Assembly: GCF_001194135.2 (NCBI RefSeq)
Contig: NC_068984.1
Coordinates: forward strand, 50,342,207-50,396,240
DNA length: 54,034 nt
Direction: 5' to 3'
Source: Octopus bimaculoides
Lineage: Eukaryota
Shown here: one piece after another, positions 37,431 to 50,029 of the stretch
Position numbering within the stretch: the first letter of the stretch is position 1
Layout: every line of letters begins with the position of its first letter
Notes under the pieces: model-generated
Database searches by the model: none
The model's input: only the letters and a program-made list of their open reading frames with translations
What the model was told of the DNA's origin: nothing
Translations under genes and position numbers: made by a program

Positions 37431-37834
37431 CTACAGTTTCAACGGCACAATTCTAGCTATTCTTGGTTTGTAGTCTGAATCTTTCAAACGTGTTTAAGAC
37501 CACTGCTTGGTGCTCCTGGTATTGAGAAAGTGTTTGTACAGTCTTCTTTTCAGCTATCCTGTTATCCAACTTTCTATGTCACTTTGACAATTCTTTTACC
37601 TCTGATCATGCAATTAAGTTTCGGTAATTTATTCTCTATTGTAATGAATGAACCGAGGCTGTTTCACCAAATACAGCTCATAATAATTTGCATGAATTCC
37701 TGTGTTCTGTTTTGATTTTATGTTCTGGGTACATTTTTTTTTTTTATCATGACGTTATTGAATGTTTAGCATGTTCCATTATAATACTCAATTACAGATC
37801 TTCCGTTCTTTACTGGATTATTATAATATTCCTT

Positions 37835-37967
37835 TCAGGTTCAGTTCCAGTGCCGCACCTTGAGCAAGTTTCTTCTAAAATACCACCGGGCCGACCATAC
37901 CTTGTGAGTGAATTTGGTAGACGGAAACTGTACGAGAGCCCGCTGTTGTGCGTGTGCTTGTTTGTGC

Positions 37968-38011
<44 letters not shown>

Positions 38012-38267
38012 ATGTGTGTGCGTGCGTGCGTGTGTGTGTATGTGTTTGTGTGGGTGTGTGTCTATGTTTGAGTTCGCGTTTGTCCACTCACAAAGCATGG
38101 CTACCAGTGTCGGTTTGATTACGTTCCCGTAACTTAACAGTTCGGCAAAATGATTCGATAAAATAAGTGCCAGACTTAAAAAGTAAATACTAGGAGTGAT
38201 TTGTTCGAGACGCTACGAGGTGGGGCTCCAATGGCTGAAACAATTAAAATATGAAAGAATAAAAGAG
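37835..38267 (+). mobile_element. SINE family B, diverged copy lacking the first ~40 nt
   Basis: caggttcagttcc...caccttgagcaagt...cgggccgacc...ttgtgagtgaatttggtagacggaaactg-(TG)n-...cgtaacttaacagttcggcaaaa...aaataagtgccagactt. Confidence 0.88.
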
Positions 38268-38694
38268 ACCATGAAAAAGATGAGAAAATTAAGTAGCAAA
38301 AGACAAATGTAAGAGGCTGAATGAGAATGTGTGACGTTCATGCGGTAACTGAAGAATTAGCTTTATATAAATGAAGCAACATCCATCTGAAAATTGAATT
38401 AGGGTTTTGATGCTCTTTTTTTTTCTTTTTTTTTTCAACCTTGGAACATATAACCACGCACTGTAGTAGTTATATCAATAAGTTTGCAATGCCTTAGCAT
38501 TTGGCGTCTATTTTAAGTGTCACAGAAGCATTAGGAAGGAGAAAAAATAGAATACATATAAAAGAAAATATGTAAAGCTACATCAATTGTGTATGCCGAG
38601 AGTCGAGGAGATAGATGATTCAAATTAATGTCACTCCAGTGGATCGAATTACGAATTAATTGAAAAGGCCAGACATACACACACACACTCTCTC

Positions 38695-38744
<50 letters not shown>

Positions 38745-39211
38745 TTTTTCTCTCTCTTAATCTCTCTCAATCTCTTCCACCCCCCCTTTCTATCTCTATT
38801 TCTTTTGTGTCTCTTTTTTAAACACGTTCTGATATACACTCCGTGTGTCGATGTACGATATATCTCTACAACAGACACATACGCACACCCGTCCATATAT
38901 ACACATACACACATACACGCATACAAACGTATACTTTCACTGATACACGATTTCACACGCATACACACGCAACTAAAAGATTGACATTTGTATAAGCGCA
39001 ACTGTAAGAGTGTGTGTGAGTGTGTACGAATGTTATGGTATGTATCTACGTATAATGTACGTATGGACACGTGTATGAATGCTTGTGTGTAGGTATGCAT
39101 TTATATATTTATCTATATATTATGCATGTAAGTGTAATATGCATATGTATGTATGTACGTATGTATTATATATGTCTGTAATAATGTGTGTCTATGTATG
39201 GTCTGATAATG

Positions 39212-39242
<31 letters not shown>

Positions 39243-39583
39243 TGTATGTACATATGCACTTATGCCCTGGCGTCTGATTAACTAAGGTTGCAGGGTAATT
39301 TAATGTTTACTAAGTGACTAGTTGTCAATGAAAAGTGCAATCTGCCCTGTTCAGTGCCACCTCAGGCAGCAGGTGATTCCAGCTAATCTACGATCGGAAG
39401 TCACTGTGGTCTGTCGGATACATTACACCAAAATCACACCGGAGGCTATTGTACGTTGTAATTATAATCATTATTTTTGTCTTTTCATTTCTTTTTTCTT
39501 TTTTTCTTTTTTCGTCATTGAGAACCCCTCCGATCATTCATTTCTTTCTTCCTTTTGGCATAGCTGTTGGAGCTACTGTTACT

Positions 39584-39710
<127 letters not shown>

Positions 39711-39720
39711 TATTATAAAG

Positions 39721-40215
39721 GCTACGAGCTGGCAGAATCGTTAGCATGCTGAGCAAAGTACTTAGCGACATTTCTTCCTTCTATACGTTCTGAGTTCAAA
39801 TTTCCGGAGGTCAACTTTACCTATTCATCCTTTCGGGGTCTACATAATAAGTACAAATGTAATCGACTTACCTCCTGTACTGACATTGCTGGCTTTGTGC
39901 CAAAATTTGAAATCATTACTATTATTATTAGTCGAATTGACAGACTCGCTAACGCACTGGACAAAATGCTTAACGGCACTCTTCCCGCTCTGTCTTACAA
40001 GTTCAAATGCTGCTGAGGTTGATGGCTTTTTAGGTGGCGAACCGGCAGAGTTGTTAGCACGCCTGGCAAAGTGCGACATTTCGTCCATCTTTACGTTCTG
40101 AGTTCAAGTTCCGCCTAAGACAACTTTGCCTTTCATAATTTCGGGGTCGACAAAATAAGAACCAATTGAGCATTGAAGTCGATGTAATCGACTAACAACC
40201 TCCCCAAACATTCGG
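39721..40215 (+). mobile_element. Three head-to-tail SINE family A copies (about 39721-39915, 39930-40030, 40033-40215)
   Basis: Three successive heads (ggctacgagctggcagaa, gtcgaattgacagac, ggtggcgaaccggcagag), each followed by the gtt(c/t)..agttcaa.t core. Confidence 0.85.
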
Positions 40216-40240
40216 GAGGAAGATCATTATTATTATTATT

Positions 40241-40404
40241 GAGCGAGAGCAGCACACGTCATAATAGTGACGCTTAGGAACAAATATATGAAACCCAATA
40301 TAACTATCATGACTACCCGTCTGGTAAGTGTACACCAAGTACTTGGCTTTTCAGGTGGGTGCCCAGTTAGAATTTCCTTCAAGTCAAGTGACCCAGCCTG
40401 CTCT
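40241..40404 (+). mobile_element. Interspersed repeat family E copy following (ATT)n
   Basis: Homologous by eye to the reverse complement of 1545-1628. Confidence 0.6.
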
Positions 40405-40407
40405 AAA

Positions 40408-40531
40408 TCTCTAAACAATTATTAAGCCTGCCACATGGGGACGTTGGTACTAGTTTCCATCTTGGATGATAATACAGCGTGGCGACTAGTACCAACATTC
40501 TTATGTGGCAGGCTTGATAATTGTTGAGAGA
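40408..40531. repeat. 124-nt inverted repeat/hairpin (48-bp arms, 28-nt loop)
   Basis: 40408-40455 versus 40484-40531: 41/48 positions are Watson-Crick; on the plus strand 5 of the other 7 are G.U pairs. Confidence 0.9.
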
Positions 40532-42510
40532 TTTCTGACTCGTGAAAGCATTGGTAGCCTAGTTAACTCTCAAGTAAAGAACAGTTATCCATCAAATCGG
40601 TGTTGAACACTGATTTTCACTGTTTGCCATTAGCGTGTATATATATATATATNNNNNNNNNNNNNNNNNNNNNNNNNNNNNNNNNNNNNNNNNNNNNNNN
40701 NNNNNNNNNNNNNNNNNNNNNNNNNNNNNNNNNNNNNNNNNNNNNNNNNNNNNNNNNNNNNNNNNNNNNNNNNNNNNNNNNNNNNNNNNNNNNNNNNNNN
40801 NNNNNNNNNNNNNNNNNNNNNNNNNNNNNNNNNNNNNNNNNNNNNNNNNNNNNNNNNNNNNNNNNNNNNNNNNNNNNNNNNNNNNNNNNNNNNNNNNNNN
40901 NNNNNNNNNNNNNNNNNNNNNNNNNNNNNNNNNNNNNNNNNNNNNNNNNATATGATAGGGCTAATTATTTACGCAACCAAATGATTATGGTCAAGATAGA
41001 TCATGTAGACAGGAATTCCTTAAATACAGAGCTGGTAATTAGCAGTTATTTTCGACTGTAAGTGGATTAATAGGTTAGTCAAGGGGTGAATGATAGGATT
41101 ATCACAATTAGTAAACGAATAAATGAAAAGAAAATTAAGTACAATCAATTTAATTAGGAGCATGGAGGCACTATGCTAGAAACAATTTGTCGATAAACTA
41201 GAGAAAAGGATTTGTAGAAATTATTTCATGGTCGTGCATGAAAGATGCATTGTTTATACTAAGACACGTACTCCAAGATACATGAATATGTTCTATAATA
41301 GACCGAAAAGTGTCAATGCTGTCGGCTCCTTGTATATATGTGTAGCTTTTCTGCAATACTGCTTGAATTTTTGTGAGGTAAAGTATGACGGTCTCTAGAG
41401 ATAACACGCTATAAAAGGTAATTTCGTCTGCGTGCAAAATCTATAAGCTGAAGAGATGAAGTGGTGTGAAAGGTTAATAACACCATTTAATATACAATAA
41501 GTACTGAATGGCTGCACAAGGGAAAAATAGCATTTTTCTGATTTAGTATCTATCATGAGTGACAAACAAGATTTTCTATTGTCAGTGATAAGGACTGGTC
41601 GTGTTTCCGGGAAAGAGCACGGGTTAATGAATATAAGAGTCACACAAACTTGTTAAGTTCAGGAAATGCATATTCAGTATAAATAAAACTATATATAACA
41701 CATCATAGAGACACGTGTCACATTTTTAATACATTGATAAATTTCAATGATAGGCTGGCCATCAGTAAAATATGATTGACATAAAGTCAAAGGATTGAAA
41801 TAGTTATAGGTGTGACTATGTCCTTCTTCTTTTCACTGCTAAAATGTTCTATTAATCTACCCACCAACATACTTTGAAGCTGCTCTCTATAATAATCAAA
41901 CCCAGGATGTAAGACTACGTTTTTACACATAGAAACAGCATACGATTCTTATACGCATCAGTTTCATTAACAACTTCCGTTTGGTGCTACAGCAACTTTG
42001 CATCCACTTTGAAGACATATTTCATACTGGCTACAAAACCACCCAGCATATCATTATCCCCGACGCTGTGACATCTTCCCATCCGCCTTGTAATATTTAC
42101 ACGTTATGTGACTGATAATGTCATCATCTACTTTGCAAACACCCATACAAGTTTCTTACCGCCTTGCCTAATTTGTTACGATATAGTATGGTGAACAAAT
42201 TTGAGAAGATGGAGGGCATGGGTTTCCTCATGGGCCTACTTAGTTCTCATTATCTTGTTCGAATAATACTTGAAGAGGAAAGTGTGCGTTTCAGGGAATT
42301 CTTTACTCCAGTAAATTTGCAAGAGGTGGGTGAGAGCGATGAGGTTGGCTTGGGTGAATAGATTTGTTCTAGACTTGTCGCTTGGTGTACAGTGTGAAAT
42401 AAAATCATGTGACTATATATATATATATATATAAAACAATTTGGTATCTAATGAGAATATCTATGTATATTATCCGTCTCCGTATCTCAGTTACTTTTGC
42501 TCTCTTTTTC

Positions 42511-42516
<6 letters not shown>

Positions 42517-42598
<82 letters not shown>
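42517..42598. repeat. (CT)n microsatellite
   Basis: Direct reading. Confidence 0.95.
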
Positions 42599-42601
<3 letters not shown>

Positions 42602-43825
42602 CAAGAATGTTTGCAGGCAGGGCAATGCACAATAACTATCCTTTGCATCTGATGACCTTTCAGGTGTTGCAATGATGAGTAAGAGCCATCCAATTGGTAG
42701 TGTGAGTGAATTTCTTCCTACACGAGAAGCCATGCTTTTTTATGTAGACGGCTGCATCAAAGCTGTGTGTAGATCATATTCTGGATCTGAAGTTCTGAGC
42801 TTTGGGTGTGTTTCGATGATTTCTATTTTTTTTTTTTTTATGGGGCAAAAGTAAAGCACATGTACGGCAGAGATAGCTTAGAATTGGTGAAGCTTCCACC
42901 AGTCAGCTGACTTCTGACTTGAAGTGACACAGTGTTCAGGATGTAAGACATATTATATGTTAAGTGAATATTTGGTTGGTACACAAGATAAGATAATGGT
43001 CGGACAATTCTATCCATTGATCAGTGGTAATGAATGCCTGACAGAGATTTCTTTCAGAGGTGAAAAGCAGAACAGTAGGTCTTAGATTTTCTGTTTGTTG
43101 AATGAAATAAGTTGATGGAGGGAATTGAGGTTTCCGAAAGTTTCAACTTCAGCACCGACCGTATCAGTATGGAAAAAATATGAGTACCAAGAATAGTCGA
43201 GAAATTTGTAGTCACGAAAGGTAACTTCGGAATGCAATGAAATAAGAAAACAATCCTCGGTACAGGTAGATATATGGTCAAAGAGTCGTTAGTGGATGGA
43301 GACGTTTGGAGAGGTGTGGAAGAAGTGTATGTACATGGAGACATTGGGTGGGGAGAGACTTTCAGCCAGAGTCAACAGAAGCCTTTATTGCTGATGTTCC
43401 AATGAAAATGTTGGTTGGTGTGCACAATAGAATGTGAATATATGCAATAGTGTTAATGAAAGCTATTCCAGTCTGGATACCATTATACCATGCTCTCACA
43501 CCACAATCGAAAACACACGCCTAACCAGGCCAACCCAACAGCAAAGTGTTACTGAAAAATTCCACCCTAACCAGCATAGACCATATTGTTTCCCTCCAGA
43601 TGTGACATATAGAACATCTATAACATCTCCAGACACTATTGATATGCACTACTCAGAACAGCGTACTCTTACAGCGTGGACATAAAATACTGAGATGCGA
43701 CGGGGCAAATCATTAACTGTTTCTCCAATAAATGTAAATCTTATACCACGTAGAGACATAAATGTGTATATAAGTGTGTTTGTATGTATATATTCTATAT
43801 GTCTATCTATCTATCTATCTATCTA

Positions 43826-43878
<53 letters not shown>

Positions 43879-44209
43879 TAAATGTCACAATTCATGTATT
43901 AAGGCGCTACTAATAATTTAGTTTCATATGTTGAGAGGACTCAAACATATTCTCCAGGCGCAAACCACATATCATAACGAAGTGCAAATAAAATACACAT
44001 TATATTCAAGGTTCTGATGAAGCTATAGGATATTACCCTGGTACTCAACTAGGAGTCCACCACATCTGATAGCATAAACAGATGTAAGCTAATGAAATTT
44101 ATTATATAACATTTGGTCTTTCCCGTGTCATCTCTTTGTTTTCTATATATAAATGTGTGCGTGTGTGTGTATGTGTGTGTCACTCTCTCTCCCTCTTTCT
44201 CACTCTACT

Positions 44210-44248
<39 letters not shown>

Positions 44249-44261
44249 CTATCTCTATCTC

Positions 44262-44313
<52 letters not shown>

Positions 44314-44338
44314 NNNNNNNNNNNNNNNNNNNNNNNNN

Positions 44339-44412
44339 AGAAGAAGAAGAAGAAGAAGAAGAAGAAGAAGAAGAAGAAGAAGAAGAAGAAGAAGAAGAAG
44401 AAGAAGAAGAAG

Positions 44413-44441
<29 letters not shown>
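44339..44441. repeat. (AAG)n microsatellite following (CT)n and a gap
   Basis: Direct reading. Confidence 0.95.
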
Positions 44442-44444
<3 letters not shown>

Positions 44445-44887
44445 CTACTAGTATGTGTTGTGTCTAAAAAGAAAAGACGAAAAACATAAAACGAAAGCAA
44501 AAAACAATTGGAAAATATTCTGCAGTGTAATAATATTGTGATAGAGAAATATAAATTGGACGACTTGTGACACATTTTCAGCCTTCAAATTTTTTTTATG
44601 TTTCAAGAAAAAATAGTAAAATTGCTGAGTCTGTAACAAAATTTTAAATATTAAGACACGTGCACCTAATGTTCTAGTTAAGTGGATGCCATATGCGTGT
44701 TTATTTCAGGTTATTTATGCGTCTATGTATCTGGGTGTTTGTTCAAATGAATGTACGTCAGTTTGATTATGTGTGCATGAGTCTATCTGTGTCTGTATAT
44801 GTGCGTGTCTATACGTGTATATGCAGACGGGCATATATGTGTGCGTGTGCGTGTATTTATTTGTCTCTCTCTCTCTCTCTCTTTCTA

Positions 44888-44961
<74 letters not shown>

Positions 44962-45189
44962 AAGAGAGATGATAAATAAATACACACACATGCACACATA
45001 TATGCTCGTCTGCATATACACATATAGACACGCACATATACACATACACAGATAGACTCATGCACACATAATCAAACTGACTTGCCTATCTCTCTCCCTC
45101 TCTTGTTCTTCATCCTTTCTGTTTTTCTCTCTCACCTTTTCCCTATTCTTCTCTCCCTTTTACCGTTCCCTCTCTCTCTCTCTCACTCC

Positions 45190-45570
45190 TCCTCCTTGAT
45201 TCTCTCGTCGCTGACACGTGACGAAAGGGGATCTCTATTTCTGTCCACTTCCTTCCTAAAGAAAAGACGTGCCTTTTCCTATCTCCTCTCATGGCTCGTC
45301 TACCGAGCGTTCATAATAATTTTTCTATCGTCTTGGCTCAACAGCTCTCACCGTTTGTTTTTATTGTCTTGTTCTCACTGTCCTGTTCTCGTTAACACTT
45401 TCACCCTCCGCAAAAAATCCCAAATTTTATTTAATTTGCTTTCCGGGAAGGACTGTTCCAGCGAAGTCGCATATTGTCTCTGTTTCATCTACTCGGTTTA
45501 CTGCTTCGTATTCTGGAACAAAAATAAAGAGGTCTTTATAACATTCTTTAAATTACACAAAAGGTAAATC
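45190..45570 (+). promoter_or_regulatory. Candidate promoter and non-coding first exon ending at a strong splice donor
   Basis: CpG-richer unique segment after a CT tract; TGACACGTGAC with E-box CACGTG (45215-45220); TTCCGGGAA (45441-45449); AAAG/GTAAAT donor (GT at 45564-45565) followed by T-rich intron-like sequence. Confidence 0.3.
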
Positions 45571-45899
45571 TATAAAAAGGAAGTTGGTTTAGAAATGTGT
45601 TGATTATTTCCGATTTAGTTTCGGATTTAGAATTCCTATAAAGTATTTTTTGTTTGTCTTTCGTAGTTGAACACTTTCGTCTTATATTGTTAAAAGGAAA
45701 TATTTTGAATTTTTCTTTTGCTTAAATGTCTAGATGGAACATTTCTAAGAGAGAAGTTTTTCATAAATGTCTACATGGAACATCTCTAAGATAGAGGTTT
45801 TTTAAGTGCATTCACTCAGCTGATTTGTTTCATCGTTGTAATTTTCGTTGCACTGCGAGCATATGATGCAGTAGATAAGATTTTTTGCTTTGCGATTCA

Positions 45900-46610
45900 T
45901 ATTTTCATTCACTTTCAGTTCAGTATAGAAATGAATGAATGAGGACACCCTTACCTAGATATTCTGATAATTAAAGAAATGAGGCATTTATAATTGATTG
46001 TGTTCGATAGTTACATATAGCAAGAGATGAGATAAACACCTATATAACTAAATGTGTCACTTCAAAAGGAGATATATTCCAGAACCCTAATGAATCATGA
46101 CATAACGAAAGGAAAAGAAGTTCCTGTCTCTGCCTTACGATGAAATATTTATACTGAGAAAAAAAAAAAAAATACAAATGTAAATATTCCATTTGTAATC
46201 ACACATAATCCTAGGAATCACAACATCCTACAATCGGCCAAACGATACATCCCGAATTTACATCAGTCACCGAATCTCTGACAAACAATTAAAGAATCAC
46301 AAACTGCCGAAGACAACCACCAAATATCAAAAGATGCCTAGCAAAGGCCAGATTCACATTGGAGAGAGAAATAATGTAAGTAAAAAAACTGTAGTGACCC
46401 ACGTTGCGGGAAATATGAATTAATTGAACAAGGAACCACGAAAAGATTCAAGAATATGCAGGAACTGAAAGTGAATGAAAATATGAATCGCAAAGCAAAA
46501 AATCTTATCTACTGCATCATATGCTCGCAGTGCAACGAAAATTACAACGATGAAACAAATCAGCTGAGTGAATGCACTTAAAAAACCTCTATCTTAGAGA
46601 TGTTCCATGT
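45900..46610 (+). mobile_element. Second Penelope-like element relic (RT end, linker, GIY-YIG start; cut by a gap)
   Basis: YLDILIIK, IPFVITHNPRN, RRQPPNIKRCLAKARF, KNCSDPRC, NENMNRKAKNLIYCIICSQCNENY (from 46501). Confidence 0.85.
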
Positions 46611-47248
46611 NNNNNNNNNNNNNNNNNNNNNNNNNNNNNNNNNNNNNNNNNNNNNNNNNNNNNNNNNNNNNNNNNNNNNNNNNNNNNNNNNNNNNNNNNN
46701 NNNNNNNNNNNNNNNNNNNNNNNNNNNNNNNNNNNNNNNNNNNNNNNNNNNNNNNNNNNNNNNNNNNNNNNNNNNNNNNNNNNNNNNNNNNNNNNNNNNN
46801 NNNNNNNNNNNNNNNNNNNNNNNNNNNNNNNNNNNNNNNNNNNNNNNNNNNNNNNNNNNNNNNNNNNNNNNNNNNNNNNNNNNNNNNNNNNNNNNNNNNN
46901 NNNNNNNNNNNNNNNNNNNNNNNNNNNNNNNNNNNNNNNNNNNNNNNNNNNNNNNNNNNNNNNNNNNNNNNNNNNNNNNNNNNNNNNNNNNNNNNNNNNN
47001 NNNNNNNNNNNNNNNNNNNNNNNNNNNNNNNNNNNNNNNNNNNNNNNNNNNNNNNNNNNNNNNNNNNNNNNNNNNNNNNNNNNNNNNNNNNNNNNNNNNN
47101 NNNNNNNNNNNNNNNNNNNNNNNNNNNNNNNNNNNNNNNNNNNNNNNNNNNNNNNNNNNNNNNNNNNNNNNNNNNNNNNNNNNNNNNNNNNNNNNNNNNN
47201 NNNNNNNNNNNNNNNNNNNNNNNNNNNNNNNNNNNNNNNNNNNNNNNN

Positions 47249-47288
<40 letters not shown>

Positions 47289-47735
47289 CGCATACATATA
47301 TATATATATATACACATACATGTATGTGAGTGTGTGTATGTGTTTGTGTGTACAGAAACATAAATATATAAATTATAAGAACTAATCTGAAGGTGGATGC
47401 TGTGCAAATTACGTAATCAAAATCGTCTAAATGTGATGTAGAGTATTTATAATGCGTTTGCTTATAGCAGTGAAACATTTGTGTAACTTATTTGAACATC
47501 ACAGCAGATGCTTTGTGATATTTTTTGTTGACTTAAATTAATAAATTTATAATACGACATATCATTTGTGCGTTAAAGTTAATTTAATCCAATGTACATT
47601 AAACTGTTTAACATGTTTGTATGACACATCAGTGATGATGTCTAATATGGAAACCAAGAGTAATGCGTTTCTTAGAATGAAATGAACTTAAGAAATGGTC
47701 TTACTTGTTCACTAGTTGTCATCCTCTATATATAT

Positions 47736-48985
47736 GTTCTCTTTCTCTTTTTAATTTAGAATAAATTTGATCGACCACCTACTTGGTAACAAGGTTGTGA
47801 AGAAAGCATGTTGTTTTAATCATCGTGCTTTAAATTTGAAGTCCTTGCAGATTTTTATAATTTTTATAGTCTCAGATATCGGGATTAGTTGTAACGTATG
47901 AATAAAGAATTTACGTTTTCTTCTCAAGAGACCAAGTTCTGCCATACTTATCTCCAGACGGGTTGGTTTGTATCCTGTTGCTTCAATAATAATAGGTATG
48001 AAACTGAAAGTATATCTTGGGTCCTAGATTTGTAAACTCCTCATCGATAGTCCACAGATGTCCATTTTTTCTTGTATTTTGCTAACCACATTATTGTCCG
48101 GAAGAAAGATAATTTCCAGTACAAAACATAATTTTTCCTTGTGGTAACACACAATAATATCTGATCAGTTGTGTTTTCACTTGGTAGCTCTTTAATTATT
48201 GATTTCCACCAATATATTTTATCCTATTAGTCTCAATACGTTGTTTAATTTTTGTTATACTGTTCCTGTTCCAGACCTTTCTGGCCACCGCGTCATATCT
48301 CATAGGAAGATATCTGGAGGATATTCTCTCGTAATTGGCAATAATGTGGCTGATGTCTTCAGTCTTGGTCTTGTGTCAACGTTTTCTGCCTTTTATGCTA
48401 TATGTACTTAGTGGGGATCTCTTATTCTTGAATCGCATGGTAGTAGACCACGAAGGCACATGTCATAAACTTGTCGGTACTCTATGCTTAGCTTTTGACG
48501 TGATCAATCCCTTCTATGGATTGTTTTCCGAGCCTAGTACTATCTTCTCAGTGAACGGGGCCATTTTTCATTCTATTTTACTGATAAATAGATTTTACAA
48601 ATATACTTTTGAAAGATATCTGTATGAGCTCTTATTTCTCAAGTTCAATAGCTATTCTAATTATGTTTATTTCATGGTCAATCAACTTGGGCAAAATAGT
48701 CACTCGTCTCTTTCTTCTGTTGCAGATGTTTCAGAGTCACAGTAAGTACTTCATATGACTTCAATACAGATTTGAGACCACGGCCACCATCCACGCCTGT
48801 TTACATCTTCATTGATGTTGAAATTTCCTGTAACAATGAGCAACTTGCAAGTTTGAATATCTGTCTCAATGAGTTCTTGTAGTGCCCTGTCCAGAAGGAC
48901 AAACGTGGGTATGAGGACAGGCACTGCAAAATTGCTCTGGGTATTATGCTTGTTGTGAGCTGAGTTTTGATGACCATATTCTCTT
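47736..48985 (-). mobile_element. R4-clade-like non-LTR retrotransposon 3' part (RT thumb, CCHC knuckle, REL endonuclease, 3' UTR)
   Basis: Reverse strand reads WSSKLS, FAVPVLIPTF, TGNFNINEDVNR, GGRGLKS (48768-48788), AIQE*EIPTKY (48404-48436), EDISHII..SSRYLPMRYDAVA, HN*SDIIV..LEI..DNNVVSKIQEK, FSFIPIIIEATG, ETIKIIKICKDFKF. Confidence 0.88.
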
Positions 48986-48987
48986 TA

Positions 48988-49185
48988 TATGTATGTATGT
49001 ATGTATGTATGTACGTATGTTTGAATGTATGTATGTATGTATGTTTGACTGTATGTATGTATGTTTGAATGTATGTATGTATGTTTGACTGTATGTATGT
49101 ATGAATGTATGTATGTATGCATGCATGCTTGTATGTATGTATGTATGTATGTATGTATGTATGCATGTATGTATGTATGCGTGCA
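48988..49185. repeat. (TATG)n microsatellite with duplicated tttgaatg/tttgactg interruptions
   Basis: Direct reading; abuts the 5'-truncated end of the R4-like element. Confidence 0.9.
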
Positions 49186-49679
49186 CGCGCGCGTGTATGA
49201 ATGTACGTATGCATGTATACTTTACTTTTGAAAATGTTCAGAAACCTATCTTAGACTATTTCTTTTCTGTGAATCCTTGCAATAATTAGCTTCTGTTGTC
49301 TTTTAATCATACCATGTCAATTTCCCTTACCTTCACGTTTCTTTTTCTCATTCTGTATGTAAATATATANNNNNNNNNNNNNNNNNNNNNNNNNNNNNNN
49401 NNNNNNNNNNNNNNNNNNNNNNNNNNNNNNNNNNNNNNNNNNNNNNNNNNNNNNNNNNNNNNNNNNNNNNNNNNNNNNNNNNNNNNNNNNNNNNNNNNNN
49501 NNNNNNNNNNNNNNNNNNNNNNNNNNNNNNNNNNNNNNNNNNNNNNNGCCTTCGCAGTCTTTTTAACTCTTCTCCTTTTCACTAATTTCAACGTTTCATT
49601 TGCAAATTTAACAATTTTCATGCCAGAATTTGTCACGAGATCTTTGAGAACGAAACTTTGCCAGCGAAACTACGACAGT

Positions 49680-49716
49680 AGCATCAACAACAACCACCAG
49701 CACCAGCACCACTACC

Positions 49717-49748
<32 letters not shown>

Positions 49749-49795
49749 CAACAACACCAACACCACCACCAACACCAACACCACCAACAACGGCG
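49680..49795. repeat. (CAA/CAC)n degenerate trinucleotide tract
   Basis: Direct reading. Confidence 0.85.
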
Positions 49796-50029
49796 AAAAT
49801 GATAATTTAAACACCGACAAGAAATAGAAATTGTAGGTACTTCATCGACATACAAAAAAGAGCAGCATTATTTGCAAGAACAGCATGTTCAGGAACAGCA
49901 GTAGTGGAAACAATAACAGGAGTACAAAACAACAGATTTTACATGAATATCGGCATCAGCAATAGAAACAATAAGATCAAGCAGCAGCTATATGAACAGT
50001 GTCAACAGCGTAAGCAGACGTAAGATGCA

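Noticed and set aside
42190-43345. Possible third PLE RT remnants on the minus strand (PMRKPMPSIFSNLF; NLNSLHQLISF)
   Set aside because: Only faint motif echoes, with no YIDD or GIY-YIG; too decayed to call without an HMM search.
48800-48870. LIVTGNFNIN read as an APE endonuclease GDFN motif
   Set aside because: The context (FAVPVL before, GGRGLKS after) places it in the post-RT region of an R4-like ORF instead.
49627-49802. Terminal exon encoding a poly-Gln/His tract after an AG acceptor
   Set aside because: Explained by a CAA/CAC microsatellite; the non-repeat peptide is short and unrecognisable.
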